Shown here piece by piece: positions 7,901-19,900 of a stretch of 32,000 nt of DNA. The stretch comes from Trichodesmium erythraeum IMS101 (GTDB lineage: Bacteria > Cyanobacteriota > Cyanobacteriia > Cyanobacteriales > Microcoleaceae). The position numbers and the translations under genes were made by a program. The stretch spans positions 5,310,001 through 5,342,000 of the forward strand of contig NC_008312.1 in assembly GCF_000014265.1 (NCBI RefSeq), given 5' to 3'. Numbering within the stretch: the stretch's first letter is position 1; each line of letters opens with the position of its first letter. Under the pieces are notes generated by a model, which did not search any database, was not told the DNA's origin, and was given only the letters and a program-made list of their open reading frames with translations.

Positions 7901-10900
7901 CCGTCAAAGTCTGTTTCGGGGGTAAAAGTTACCTTTCCGGTCTCATCTACTGTGTAGGTTCCTTCTCCTTCTACTACCTTTGTTTTTTCTGGCTCTTCTG
8001 TAGATGGCTCTAGGTCTATTGTAGTAGGATCAATATTATCATCATCAATATCGTTCTCAAGTATGTCAAAAGTGACTGGTTCTCCCTTTTCTGTAATGGC
8101 ATTGTCATCTACAACAAAGGGTAGCTTGATCGGAACTTCGACAGTTATGTTTGCTTCATTTGATTTTTGATTGTTGTCATCAGCAACAGTGTAGGAGATA
8201 GTGGAAGTTCCGTCAAAGTCTGTTTCAGGGGTAAAAGTCACCTTTCCGGTATCATCTACTGTGTAGGTTCCTTCACCTTCTACTACCTTTGTTTTTTCTG
8301 GCTCTTCTGTAGATGGCTCTAGGTCTATTGTAGTAGGGTCAATCTTGTCATAGTCATCAAAATCGTTCTCAAGTATGTCAAAAGTAACTGGTTCTCCCTT
8401 TGTTGTACTGTCATTGTCAGGAGTAGCTATGGGTGGCTGATTCACAACTTCGACAGTTATCTCTGCTTCATTTGATTTTTGATTGTTGTCATCAGCAACA
8501 GTGTAGGATATGGTGGAAGGTCCGGCAAAGTCTGTTTCGGGGGTAAAAGTTACCTTTCCGGTATCATCTACTGTGTAGGTTCCTTCTCCTTCTACTACCT
8601 TTGTTTTTTCTGGCTCTTCTGTAGATGGCTCTAGGTCTATTGTAGTGGGGTCAATCTTGTCATAGTCATCAAAATCGTTCTCAAGTATGTCAAAAGTAAC
8701 TGGTTCTCCCTTTGTTGTACTGGCATTGTCATCAATAGCTTCGGGTGGCTGATTCACAACTTCGACAGTTATCTGTGCTGGATTTGATTTTTGATTGTTG
8801 TCATCAGCAACAGTGTAGGAGATGGAGGAAGGTCCGGAAAAGTCTGTTTCGGGGGTGAAAGTTACCTTTCCGGTATCATCTACTGTGTAGGTTCCTTCAC
8901 CTTCTACTACCTTTGTATTTTCCTGCTCTTCTGTAGATGGCTCTAGGTCTATTGTAGTGGGGTCAATCTTGTCATAGTCATCAAAATCGTTCTCAAGTAT
9001 GTCAAAAGTAACTGGTTCTCCCTTTGTTGTACTGTCATTGTCATCAATAGCTATGGGTGGCTGATTCACAACTTCGACAGTTATCTCTGCTTCATTTGAT
9101 TTTTGATTGTTGTCATCAGCAACAGTATAGGAGATGGAGGAAGGCCCGGCAAAGTCTGTTTCAGGGGTGAAAGTTACCTTTCCGGTCTCATCTACTGTGT
9201 AGGTTCCTTCTCCTTCTACTATCTTTGTTTTTTCTGGCTCTTCTGTAGATGGCTCTAGGTCTATTGTATTGGGTTCAATCTTGCCATCGCCCTCAATATC
9301 GTTCTCAAGTATGTCAAAAGTGACTGGCTTTTCCTTTGTTGTACTGGCATTGTCATCAGTAGCGAAAGGCTTTTCAGGAATAGGAATGACATTTATATTT
9401 ATATTAGCTATATTTGATGTGCTGCCATTATCGTCAGCCACAGTGTATAAAACATTTACTTTGCCCACAAATTCATCAAGAGGAGCAAAGGTGACATTAC
9501 CTTCATCGTCTACGGTCAAGGTACCTTGTTCCGGTAATGTTAATGTTTTTTCTGGCTCTTCTGTAGATGGCTCTAGGTCTATTGTAGTGGGGTCAATCTT
9601 GTCATAGTCATCAAAATCGTTCTCAAGTATGTCAAAAGTAAGTGGTTCTCCCTTTGTTGTACTGTCATTGTCATCAATAGCTATGGGTGGCTGATTCACA
9701 ACTTCGACAGTTATCTCTGCTTCATTTGATTTTTGATTGTTGTCATCAGCAACAGTGTAGGATATGGTGGAAGGTCCGGCAAAGTCTGTTTCGGGGGTAA
9801 AAGTCACCTTTCCGGTCTCATCTACTGTGTAGGTTCCTTCTCCTTCTACTACCTTTGTTTTTTCTGGCTCTTCTGTAGATGGCTCTAGGTCTATTGTAGT
9901 GGGGTCAATCTTGTCATAGTCATCAAAATCGTTCTCAAGTATGTCAAAAGTAAGTGGTTCTCCCTTTGTTGTACTGGCATTGTCATCAATAGCTTCGGGT
10001 CGCTGATTCACAACTTCGACAGTTATGTTTGCTTCATTTGATTTTTGATTGTTGTCATCAGCAACAGTGTAGGATATGGAGGAAGATCCGGAAAAGTCTG
10101 TTTCGGGAGTAAAAGTCACCTTTCCGGTCTCATCTACTGTGTAGGTTCCTTCACCTTCTACTACCTTTGTTTTTTCTGGCTCTTCTGTAGATGGCTCTAG
10201 GTCTATTGTAGTGGGGTCAATCTTGTCATAGTCATCAAAATCGTTCTCAAGTATGTCAAAAGTAACTGGTTCTCCCTTTGTTGTACTGTCATTGTCATCA
10301 ATAGCTATGGGTGGCTGATTCACAACTTCGACAGTTATCTCTGCTTCATTTGATTTTTGATTGTTGTCATCAGCAACAGTGTAGGATATGGTGGAAGGTC
10401 CGGCAAAGTCTGTTTCGGGGGTAAAAGTCACCTTTCCGGTCTCATCTACTGTGTAGGTTCCTTCTCCTTCTACTACCTTTGTTTTTTCTGGCTCTTCTGT
10501 AGATGGCTCTAGGTCTATTGTAGTGGGGTCAATCTTGTCATAGTCATCAAAATCGTTCTCAAGTATGTCAAAAGTAAGTGGTTCTCCCTTTGTTGTACTG
10601 GCATTGTCATCAATAGCTTCGGGTCGCTGATTCACAACTTCGACAGTTATGTTTGCTTCATTTGATTTTTGATTGTTGTCATCAGCAACAGTGTAGGATA
10701 TGGAGGAAGATCCGGAAAAGTCTGTTTCGGGAGTAAAAGTCACCTTTCCGGTCTCATCTACTGTGTAGGTTCCTTCACCTTCTACTACCTTTGTTTTTTC
10801 TGGCTCTTCTGTAGATGGCTCTAGGTCTATTGTAGTGGGGTCAATCTTGTCATAGTCATCAAAATCGTTCTCAAGTATGTCAAAAGTAACTGGTTCTCCC

Positions 10901-13900
10901 TTTGTTGTACTGTCATTGTCAGGAGTAGCTATGGGTGGCTGATTCACAACTTCGACAGTTATCTCTGCTTCATTTGATTTTTGATTGTTGTCATCAGCAA
11001 CAGTGTAGGATATGGTGGAAGGTCCGGCAAAGTCTGTTTCGGGGGTAAAAGTCACCTTTCCGGTCTCATCTACTGTGTAGGTTCCTTCACCTTCTACTAC
11101 CTTTGTTTTTTCCTGCTCTTCTGTAGATGGCTCTAGGTCTATTGTAGTAGGGTCAATCTTGTCATAGTCATCAATATCGTTCTCAAGTATGTCAAAAGTG
11201 ACTGGTTCTCCCTTTGTTGTACTAGCATCGTCATCAATAGCTTCGGGTCGCTGATTCACAACTTCGACAGTTATCTCTGCTTCATTTGATTTTTGATTGC
11301 TATCATCAGCAACAGTATAGGAGATGGTGGAAGGTCCGGCAAAGTCTGTTTCAGGGGTGAAAGTTACCTTTCCGGTCTCATCTACTGTGTAGGTTCCTTC
11401 ACCTTCTACTACCTTTGTTTTTTCTGGCTCTTCTGTAGATGGCTCTAGGTCTATTGTAGTGGGGTCAATCTTGTCATAGTCATCAAAATCGTTCTCAAGT
11501 ATGTCAAAAGTAACTGGTTCTCCCTTTGTTGTACTGTCATTGTCATCAATAGCTATGGGTGGCTGATTCACAACTTCGACAGTTATCTCTGCTTCATTTG
11601 ATTTTTGATTGCTATCATCAGCAACAGTATAGGAGATGGTGGAAGGTCCGGCAAAGTCTGTTTCAGGGGTGAAAGTTACCTTTCCGGTCTCATCTACTGT
11701 GTAGGTTCCTTCACCTTCTACTACCTTTGTTTTTTCTGGCTCTTCTGTAGATGGCTCTAGGTCTATTGTAGTGGGGTCAATCTTGTCATAGTCATCAAAA
11801 TCGTTCTCAAGTATGTCAAAAGTAACTGGTTCTCCCTTTGTTGTACTGTCATTGTCATCAATAGCTATGGGTGGCTGATTCACAACTTCGACAGTTATCT
11901 CTGCTTCATTTGATTTTTGATTGTTGTCATCAGCAACAGTGTAGGATATGGTGGAAGGTCCGGCAAAGTCTGTTTCGGGGGTAAAAGTCACCTTTCCGGT
12001 CTCATCTACTGTGTAGGTTCCTTCTCCTTCTACTACCTTTGTTTTTTCCTGCTCTTCTGTAGATGGCTCTAGGTCTATTGTAGTAGGGTCAATCTTGTCA
12101 TAGTCATCAATATCGTTTTCAAGTATGTCAAAAGTGACTGGTTCTCCCTTTGTTGTACTGGCATTTTCAGGAGTAGCTATGGGTGGCTGATTCACAACTT
12201 CGACAGTTATCTCTGCTTCATTTGATTTTTGATTGCTATCATCAGCAACAGTATAGGAGATGGTGGAAGGTCCGGCAAAGTCTGTTTCAGGGGTGAAAGT
12301 TACCTTTCCGGTCTCATCTACTGTGTAGGTTCCTTCTCCTTCTACTACCTTTGTTTTTTCTGGCTCTTCTGTAGATGGATCTAGGTCTATTGTAGTAGGG
12401 TCAATCTTGTCATAGTCATCAATATCGTTCTCAAGTATGTCAAAAGTGACTGGTTCTCCCTTTGTTGTACTAGCATTGTCATCAGTAGCTATGGGTGGCT
12501 GATTCTCAACTTCGACAGTTATCTGTGCTGGATTTGATTTTTGATTGTTGTCATCAGCAACAGTGTAGGAGATAGAGGAAGGTCCGGCAAAGTCTGTTTC
12601 AGGGGTGAAAGTTACCTTTCCGGTCTCATCTACTGTGTAGGTTCCTTCTCCTTCTACTACCTTTGTTTTTTCCTGCTCTTCTGTAGATGGCTCTAGGTCT
12701 ATTGTAGTAGGGTCAATCTTGTCATAGTCATCAATATCGTTTTCAAGTATGTCAAAAGTGACTGGTTCTCCCTTTGTTGTACTGGCATTGTCATCAGTAG
12801 CTATGGCTGGCTGATTCAGAACTTCAACAGTTATCTGTACTGGCTTTGATTTTTGATTGTTGTCATCAGCAACAGTGTAGGAGATAGAGGAAGGTCCGGC
12901 AAAGTCTGTTTCGGGGGTGAAAGTTACCTTTCCGGTCTCATCTACTGTGTAGGTTCCTTCTCCTTCTACTACCTTTGTATTTTCCTGCTCTTCTGTAGAT
13001 GGCTCTAGGTCTATTGTAGTAGGGTCAATCTTGTCATAGTCATCAATATCGTTTTCAAGTATGTCAAAAGTGACTGGTTCTCCCTTTGTTGTACTGGCAT
13101 TGTCATCAGTAGCTATGGGTGGCAGATTCTCAACTTCGACAGTTATCTGTGCTGGATTTGATTTTTGATTGTTGTCATCAGCAACAGTGTAGGAGATAGA
13201 GGAAGGTCCGGCAAAGTCTGTTTCGGGGGTGAAAGTTACCTTTCCGGTCTCATCTACTGTGTAGGTTCCTTCTCCTTCTACTACCTTTGTTTTTTCCTGC
13301 TCTTCTGTAGATGGCTCTAGGTCTATTGTAGTAGGGTCAATCTTGTCATAGTCATCAATATCGTTTTCAAGTATGTCAAAAGTGACTGGTTCTCCCTTTG
13401 TTGTACTGGCATTGTCATCAGTAGCTATGGGTGGCTGATTCACAACTTCGACAGTTATCTGTGCTGGATTTGATTTTTGATTGTTGTCATCAGCAACAGT
13501 GTAGGAGATGGAGGAAGGTCCGGCAAAGTCTGTTTCGGGGGTGAAAGTTACCTTCCCGGTCTCATCTACTGTGTAGGTTCCTTCTCCTTCTACTACCTTT
13601 GTTTTTTCCTGCTCTTCTGTAGATGGATCTAGGTCTATTGTAGTAGGGTCAATCTTGCCATCACCCTCAATATCGTTCTCAAGTATGTCAAAAGTGACTG
13701 GTTCTTCTTTTGTTGTACTGGCATTGTCATCAGTAGCCAAAAGCTTTTTAGTACGAATGACATTTATATTTATATTAGCTCTATTTGATATGCTGCCATT
13801 ATCGTCAGCTGCAGTGTATGAAATATTTACTTTGCCCACAAATTCATCAAGAGGAGCAAAGGTGACATTGCCTTCATCATCTACGGTAAAGGTACCTTGT

Positions 13901-16900
13901 TCCGGTAATGTTAATGTATTTTCCTGCTCTTCTGTAGATGGATCTAGGTCTATTGTAGTAGGGTCAATCTTGTCATAGTCATCAATATCGTTCTCAAGTA
14001 TGTCAAAAGTGACTGGTTCTCCCTTTATTGTACTAGCATCGTCATCAGTAGCTATGGGTGGCTGATTCACAACTTCGACAGTTATCTGTGCTGGATTTGA
14101 TTTTTGATTGTTGTCATCAGCAACAGTGTAGGAGATGGAGGAAGGTCCGGCAAAGTCTGTTTCGGGGGTGAAAGTTACCTTTCCGGTCTCATCTACTGTG
14201 TAGGTTCCTTCTCCTTCTACTACCTTTGTATTTTCTGGCTCTTCTGTAGATGGATCTAGGTCTATTGTAGTAGGGTCAATCTTGTCATAGTCATCAATAT
14301 CGTTTTCAAGTATGTCAAAAGTGACTGGTTCTCCCTTTGTTGTACTAGCATTGTCATCAGTAGCTATGGGTGGCTGATTCACAACTTCGACAGTTATCTG
14401 TGCTGGATTTGATTTTTGATTGTTGTCATCAGCAACAGTGTAGGAGATGGAGGAAGGTCCGGCAAAGTCTGTTTCGGGGGTGAAAGTTACCCTTCCGGTC
14501 TCATCTACTGTGTAGCTTCCTTCTCCTTCTACTACCTTTGTATTTTCTGGCTCTTCTGTAGATGGATCTAGGTCTATTGTAGTAGGGTCAATCTTGTCAT
14601 AGTCATCAATATCGTTCTCAAGTATGTCAAAAGTGACTGGTTCTCCCTTTGTTGTACTAGCATTGTCATCAGTAGCTATGGGTGGCTGATTCTCAACTTC
14701 GACAGTTATCTGTGCTGGATTTGATTTTTGATTGTTGTCATCAGCAACAGTGTAGGAGATAGAGGAAGGTCCGGCAAAGTCTGTTTCGGGGGTGAAAGTT
14801 ACCTTTCCGGTCTCATCTACTGTGTAGGTTCCTTCTCCTTCTACTACCTTTGTATTTTCTGGCTCTTCTGTAGATGGCTCTAGGTCTATTGTAGTAGGGT
14901 CAATCTTGTCATAGTCATCAATATCGTTCTCAAGTATGTCAAAAGTGACTGGTTCTCCCTTTGTTGTACTAGCATTGTCATCAGTAGCTATAGGTGGCTG
15001 ATTCACAACTTCGACAGTTATCTGTGCTTCATTTGATTTTTGATTGTTGTCATCAGCAACAGTGTAGGAGATGGAGGAAGTTCCGGCAAAGTCTGTTTCG
15101 GGGGTGAAAGAAAGATTTCCGTCATTGTCTACGTTAAATGTACCTTGACCAGCGACTGTGATGGTTTTCTGTATTCCTGATTTTTCTTGATCTAGGTCAA
15201 TAGTCCCAGGGTTGATACTACCATCTATATCACTATCGTTATCAGTAATGTTAAATGTGACTGTTTGATTAACAAATATTCTGCCCGTGTCATTGTTAGC
15301 TATTGGCTCTTGGTTTGGAGATCTAGGCTCTACTTCTACACTTATATCTGTGCTGCCATCGACTGTGACTGTTCCGTCATTGACAGAGTAGGTGAAGTCT
15401 CCCGGGTCATCACTTCCGTTGTACTCGGCCGGGGCGTCGTATAGTAGTCCTTCTAGTTCTGCTGATGTTAAGGTATCACCGTTGTTAACTACTGTGCCGT
15501 CAGCTTTCGTTACTGTTCCTAATGTTGGTAGTCCGGTAACTGTTATAGTTAGGCTGTCTCCATCTTCGTCTGTAGGAGCTGCTAGTCCTAAGGATGTGTC
15601 TGTACTCTCTTCCTCTACTGTGATGCTGCTACTATCCACTACCGGAAGTTCATTGCCTAGTGGGTTAATACTTATATCTTTGCTGCCATCGACTGTGACT
15701 GTTCCGTCATTGACAGAGTAGGTGAAGTCTCCCGGGTCATCACTTCCGTTGTACTCGGCCGGGGCGTCGTATAGTAGTCCTTCTAGTTCTGCTGATGTTA
15801 AGGTATCACCGTTGTTAACTACTGTGCCGTCAGCTTTCGTTACTGTTCCTAATGTTGGTAGTCCGGTAACTGTTATAGTTAGGCTGTCTCCATCTTCGTC
15901 TGTAGGAGCTGCTAGTCCTAAGGATGTGTCTGTACTCTCTTCCTCTACTGTGATGCTGCTACTATCCACTACCGGAGGGTCGTTGACTGGGTTAATACTT
16001 ATATCTGTGCTGCCATCGACTGTGACTGTTCCGTCATTGACAGAGTAGGTGAAGTCTCCCGGGTCATCACTTCCGTTGTACTCGGCCGGGGCGTCGTATA
16101 GTAGTCCTTCTAGTTCTGCTGATGTTAAGGTATCACCGTTGTTAACTACTGTGCCGTCAGCTTTCGTTACTGTTCCTAATGTTGGTAGTCCGGTAACTGT
16201 TATAGTTAGGCTGTCTCCATCTTCGTCTGTAGGAGCTGCTAGTCCTAAGGATGTGTCTGTACTCTCTTCCTCTACTGTGATGCTGCTACTATCCACTACC
16301 GGAAGTTCATTGCCTAGTGGGTTAATACTTATATCTTTGCTGCCATCGACTGTGACTGTTCCGTCATTGACAGAGTAGGTGAAGTCTCCCGGGTCATCAC
16401 TTCCGTTGTACTCGGCCGGGGCGTCGTATAGTAGTCCTTCTAGTTCTGCTGATGTTAAGGTATCACCGTTGTTAACTACTGTGCCGTCAGCTTTCGTTAC
16501 TGTTCCTAATGTTGGTAGTCCGGTAACTGTTATAGTTAGGCTGTCTCCATCTTCGTCTGTAGGAGCTGCTAGTCCTAAGGATGTGTCTGTACTCTCTTCC
16601 TCTACTGTGATGCTGCTACTATCCACTACCGGAGAGTCGTTGACTGGGTTAATACTTATATCTGTGCTGCCATCGACTGTGACTGTTCCGTCATTGACAG
16701 AGTAGGTAAAGTCTCCCGGGTCATCACTTCCGTTGTACTCGGCCGGGGCGTCGTATAGTAGTCCTTCTAGTTCTGCTGATGTTAAGGTATCACCGTTGTT
16801 AACTACTGTGCCGTCAGCTTTCGTTACTGTTCCTAATGTTGGTAGTCCGGTAACTGTTATAGTTAGGCTGTCTCCATCTTCGTCTGTAGGAGCTGCTAGT

Positions 16901-19900
16901 CCTAAGGATGTGTCTGTACTCTCTTCCTCTACTGTGATGCTGCTACTATCCACTACCGGAAGTTCATTGCCTAGTGGGTTAATACTTATATCTTTGCTGC
17001 CATCGACTGTGACTGTTCCGTCATTGACAGAGTAGGTGAAGTCTCCCGGGTCATCACTTCCGTTGTACTCGGCCGGGGCGTCGTATAGTAGTCCTTCTAG
17101 TTCTGCTGATGTTAAGGTATCACCGTTGTTAACTACTGTGCCGTCAGCTTTCGTTACTGTTCCTAATGTTGGTAGTCCGGTAACTGTTATAGTTAGGCTG
17201 TCTCCATCTTCGTCTGTAGGAGCTGCTAGTCCTAAGGATGTGTCTGTACTCTCTTCCTCTACTGTGATGCTGCTACTATCCACTACCGGAGGGTCGTTGA
17301 CTGGGTTAATACTTATATCTGTGCTGCCATCGACTGTGACTGTTCCGTCATTGACAGAGTAGGTAAAGTCTCCCGGGTCATCACTTCCGTTGTACTCGGC
17401 CGGGGCGTCGTATAGTAGTCCTTCTAGTTCTGCTGATGTTAAGGTATCACCGTTGTTAACTACTGTGCCGTCAGCTTTCGTTACTGTTCCTAATGTTGGT
17501 AGTCCGGTAACTGTTATAGTTAGGCTGTCTCCATCTTCGTCTGTAGGAGCTGCTAGTCCTAAGGATGTGTCTGTACTCTCTTCCTCTACTGTGATGCTGC
17601 TACTATCCACTACCGGAAGTTCATTGCCTAGTGGGTTAATACTTATATCTTTGCTGCCATCGACTGTGACTGTTCCGTCATTGACAGAGTAGGTGAAGTC
17701 TCCCGGGTCATCACTTCCGTTGTACTCGGCCGGGGCGTCGTATAGTAGTCCTTCTAGTTCTGCTGATGTTAAGGTATCACCGTTGTTAACTACTGTGCCG
17801 TCAGCTTTCGTTACTGTTCCTAATGTTGGTAGTCCGGTAACTGTTATAGTTAGGCTGTCTCCATCTTCGTCTGTAGGAGCTGCTAGTCCTAAGGATGTGT
17901 CTGTACTCTCTTCCTCTACTGTGATGCTGCTACTATCCACTACCGGAGGGTCGTTGACTGGGTTAATACTTATATCTGTGCTGCCATCGACTGTGACTGT
18001 TCCGTCATTGACAGAGTAGGTAAAGTCTCCCGGGTCATCACTTCCGTTGTACTCGGCCGGGGCGTCGTATAGTAGTCCTTCTAGTTCTGCTGATGTTAAG
18101 GTATCACCGTTGTTAACTACTGTGCCGTCAGCTTTCGTTACTGTTCCTAATGTTGGTAGTCCGGTAACTGTTATAGTTAGGCTGTCTCCATCTTCGTCTG
18201 TAGGAGCTGCTAGTCCTAAGGATGTGTCTGTACTCTCTTCCTCTACTGTGATGCTGCTACTATCCACTACCGGAAGTTCATTGCCTAGTGGGTTAATACT
18301 TATATCTTTGCTGCCATCGACTGTGACTGTTCCGTCATTGACAGAGTAGGTGAAGTCTCCCGGGTCATCACTTCCGTTGTACTCGGCCGGGGCGTCGTAT
18401 AGTAGTCCTTCTAGTTCTGCTGATGTTAAGGTATCACCGTTGTTAACTACTGTGCCGTCAGCTTTCGTTACTGTTCCTAATGTTGGTAGTCCGGTAACTG
18501 TTATAGTTAGGCTGTCTCCATCTTCGTCTGTAGGAGCTGCTAGTCCTAAGGATGTGTCTGTACTCTCTTCCTCTACTGTGATGCTGCTACTATCCACTAC
18601 CGGAGGGTCGTTGACTGGGTTAATACTTATATCTGTGCTGCCATCGACTGTGACTGTTCCGTCATTGACAGAGTAGGTGAAGTCTCCCGGGTCATCACTT
18701 CCGTTGTACTCGGCCGGGGCGTCGTATAGTAGTCCTTCTAGTTCTGCTGATGTTAAGGTATCACCGTTGTTAACTACTGTGCCGTCAGCTTTCGTTACTG
18801 TTCCTAATGTTGGTAGTCCGGTAACTGTTATAGTTAGGCTGTCTCCATCTTCGTCTGTAGGAGCTGCTAGTCCTAAGGATGTGTCTGTACTCTCTTCCTC
18901 TACTGTGATGCTGCTACTATCCACTACCGGAAGTTCATTGCCTGGGTTAATACTTATTGTTGTTGTGGCTGTATTACTATCAGCATCACCATCGTTCACC
19001 ACTACAGTCACTGTCCTATCGGTGGTATTAGGGTTTTCCGAGGTATTGTTATATTGTATTTGGGCTATGGCTGTCTGATACTCAGCTAATGTAGCGCTAC
19101 CTGTGAGTGTTATGACTCCTGTAGTACTGTCATAAGCACCGGCTGATATTGTTCCTGGCAGTGCACCGTTGACTGATAAGCTTTCTACTGTATCTCCGTC
19201 TGGTCGACTGCTTAATGTTATTGTGGCTGACTCTATGTTGCTATCATCTACATCTGTGATACTAACATCGCTGTCTCCTATGTTTACTGCCGTTCCTTCT
19301 GTGAAAGTTGTTATGTAGTCACTGCCTGTAGCGGTACTACTATTATTCCCATCTAAGTCTAATACGGGAGCGCCATTGACTGGAGTAATATTTATTGTTG
19401 TTGTGGCTGTGTTACTATCAACATTACCATCGTTCACCACTACAGTCACGGTCCGAGCACTGGTGTCTGGGTTGTCCGAGGTGTTGTCATATTGTATTTG
19501 GGCTATGGCTGTCTGATACTCAGCTAATGTAGCGCTGCCTGTCAGTGTTATGACTCCTGTAGTACTGTCATAACTGCTCGCTGTTATTCCTGTTGGCAGT
19601 GTACCGGCGGATAAGCTTTCTACTGCATCTCCGTCTGGTCGACTGCTTAATGTTATTGTGGCTGACTCTATTATGTTGGTATCATCTACATCTGTGATAC
19701 TAACATCGTTGTCTCCTATGGCTACTGCCGTTCCTTCTGTGAAAGTTGTTATGTAGTCACTGCCTGTTGTCGTACTATTATCCCCATCTAAGTCTAATAC
19801 CGGAGCATCATTGACTGGAGTAATATTTATTGTTGTTGTGGCTGTGTTACTATCAACATTACCATCGTTCACCACTACGGTCACTGTCCTATCGGTGGTA

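Noticed and set aside
15392-19078. Eleven head-to-tail plus-strand ORFs of 100-133 aa (MKSPGSSLPLYSAGASYSS...), which could be read as a family of small genes
   Set aside because: They are the antisense frame of array B of the giant gene. The antisense frame has one TAG per 327/330-nt unit and a GTG just after it, so an ORF is produced in every copy. The products are low-complexity (Ser/Pro/Val/Leu), and three copies lose the start through a change that is synonymous on the sense strand.
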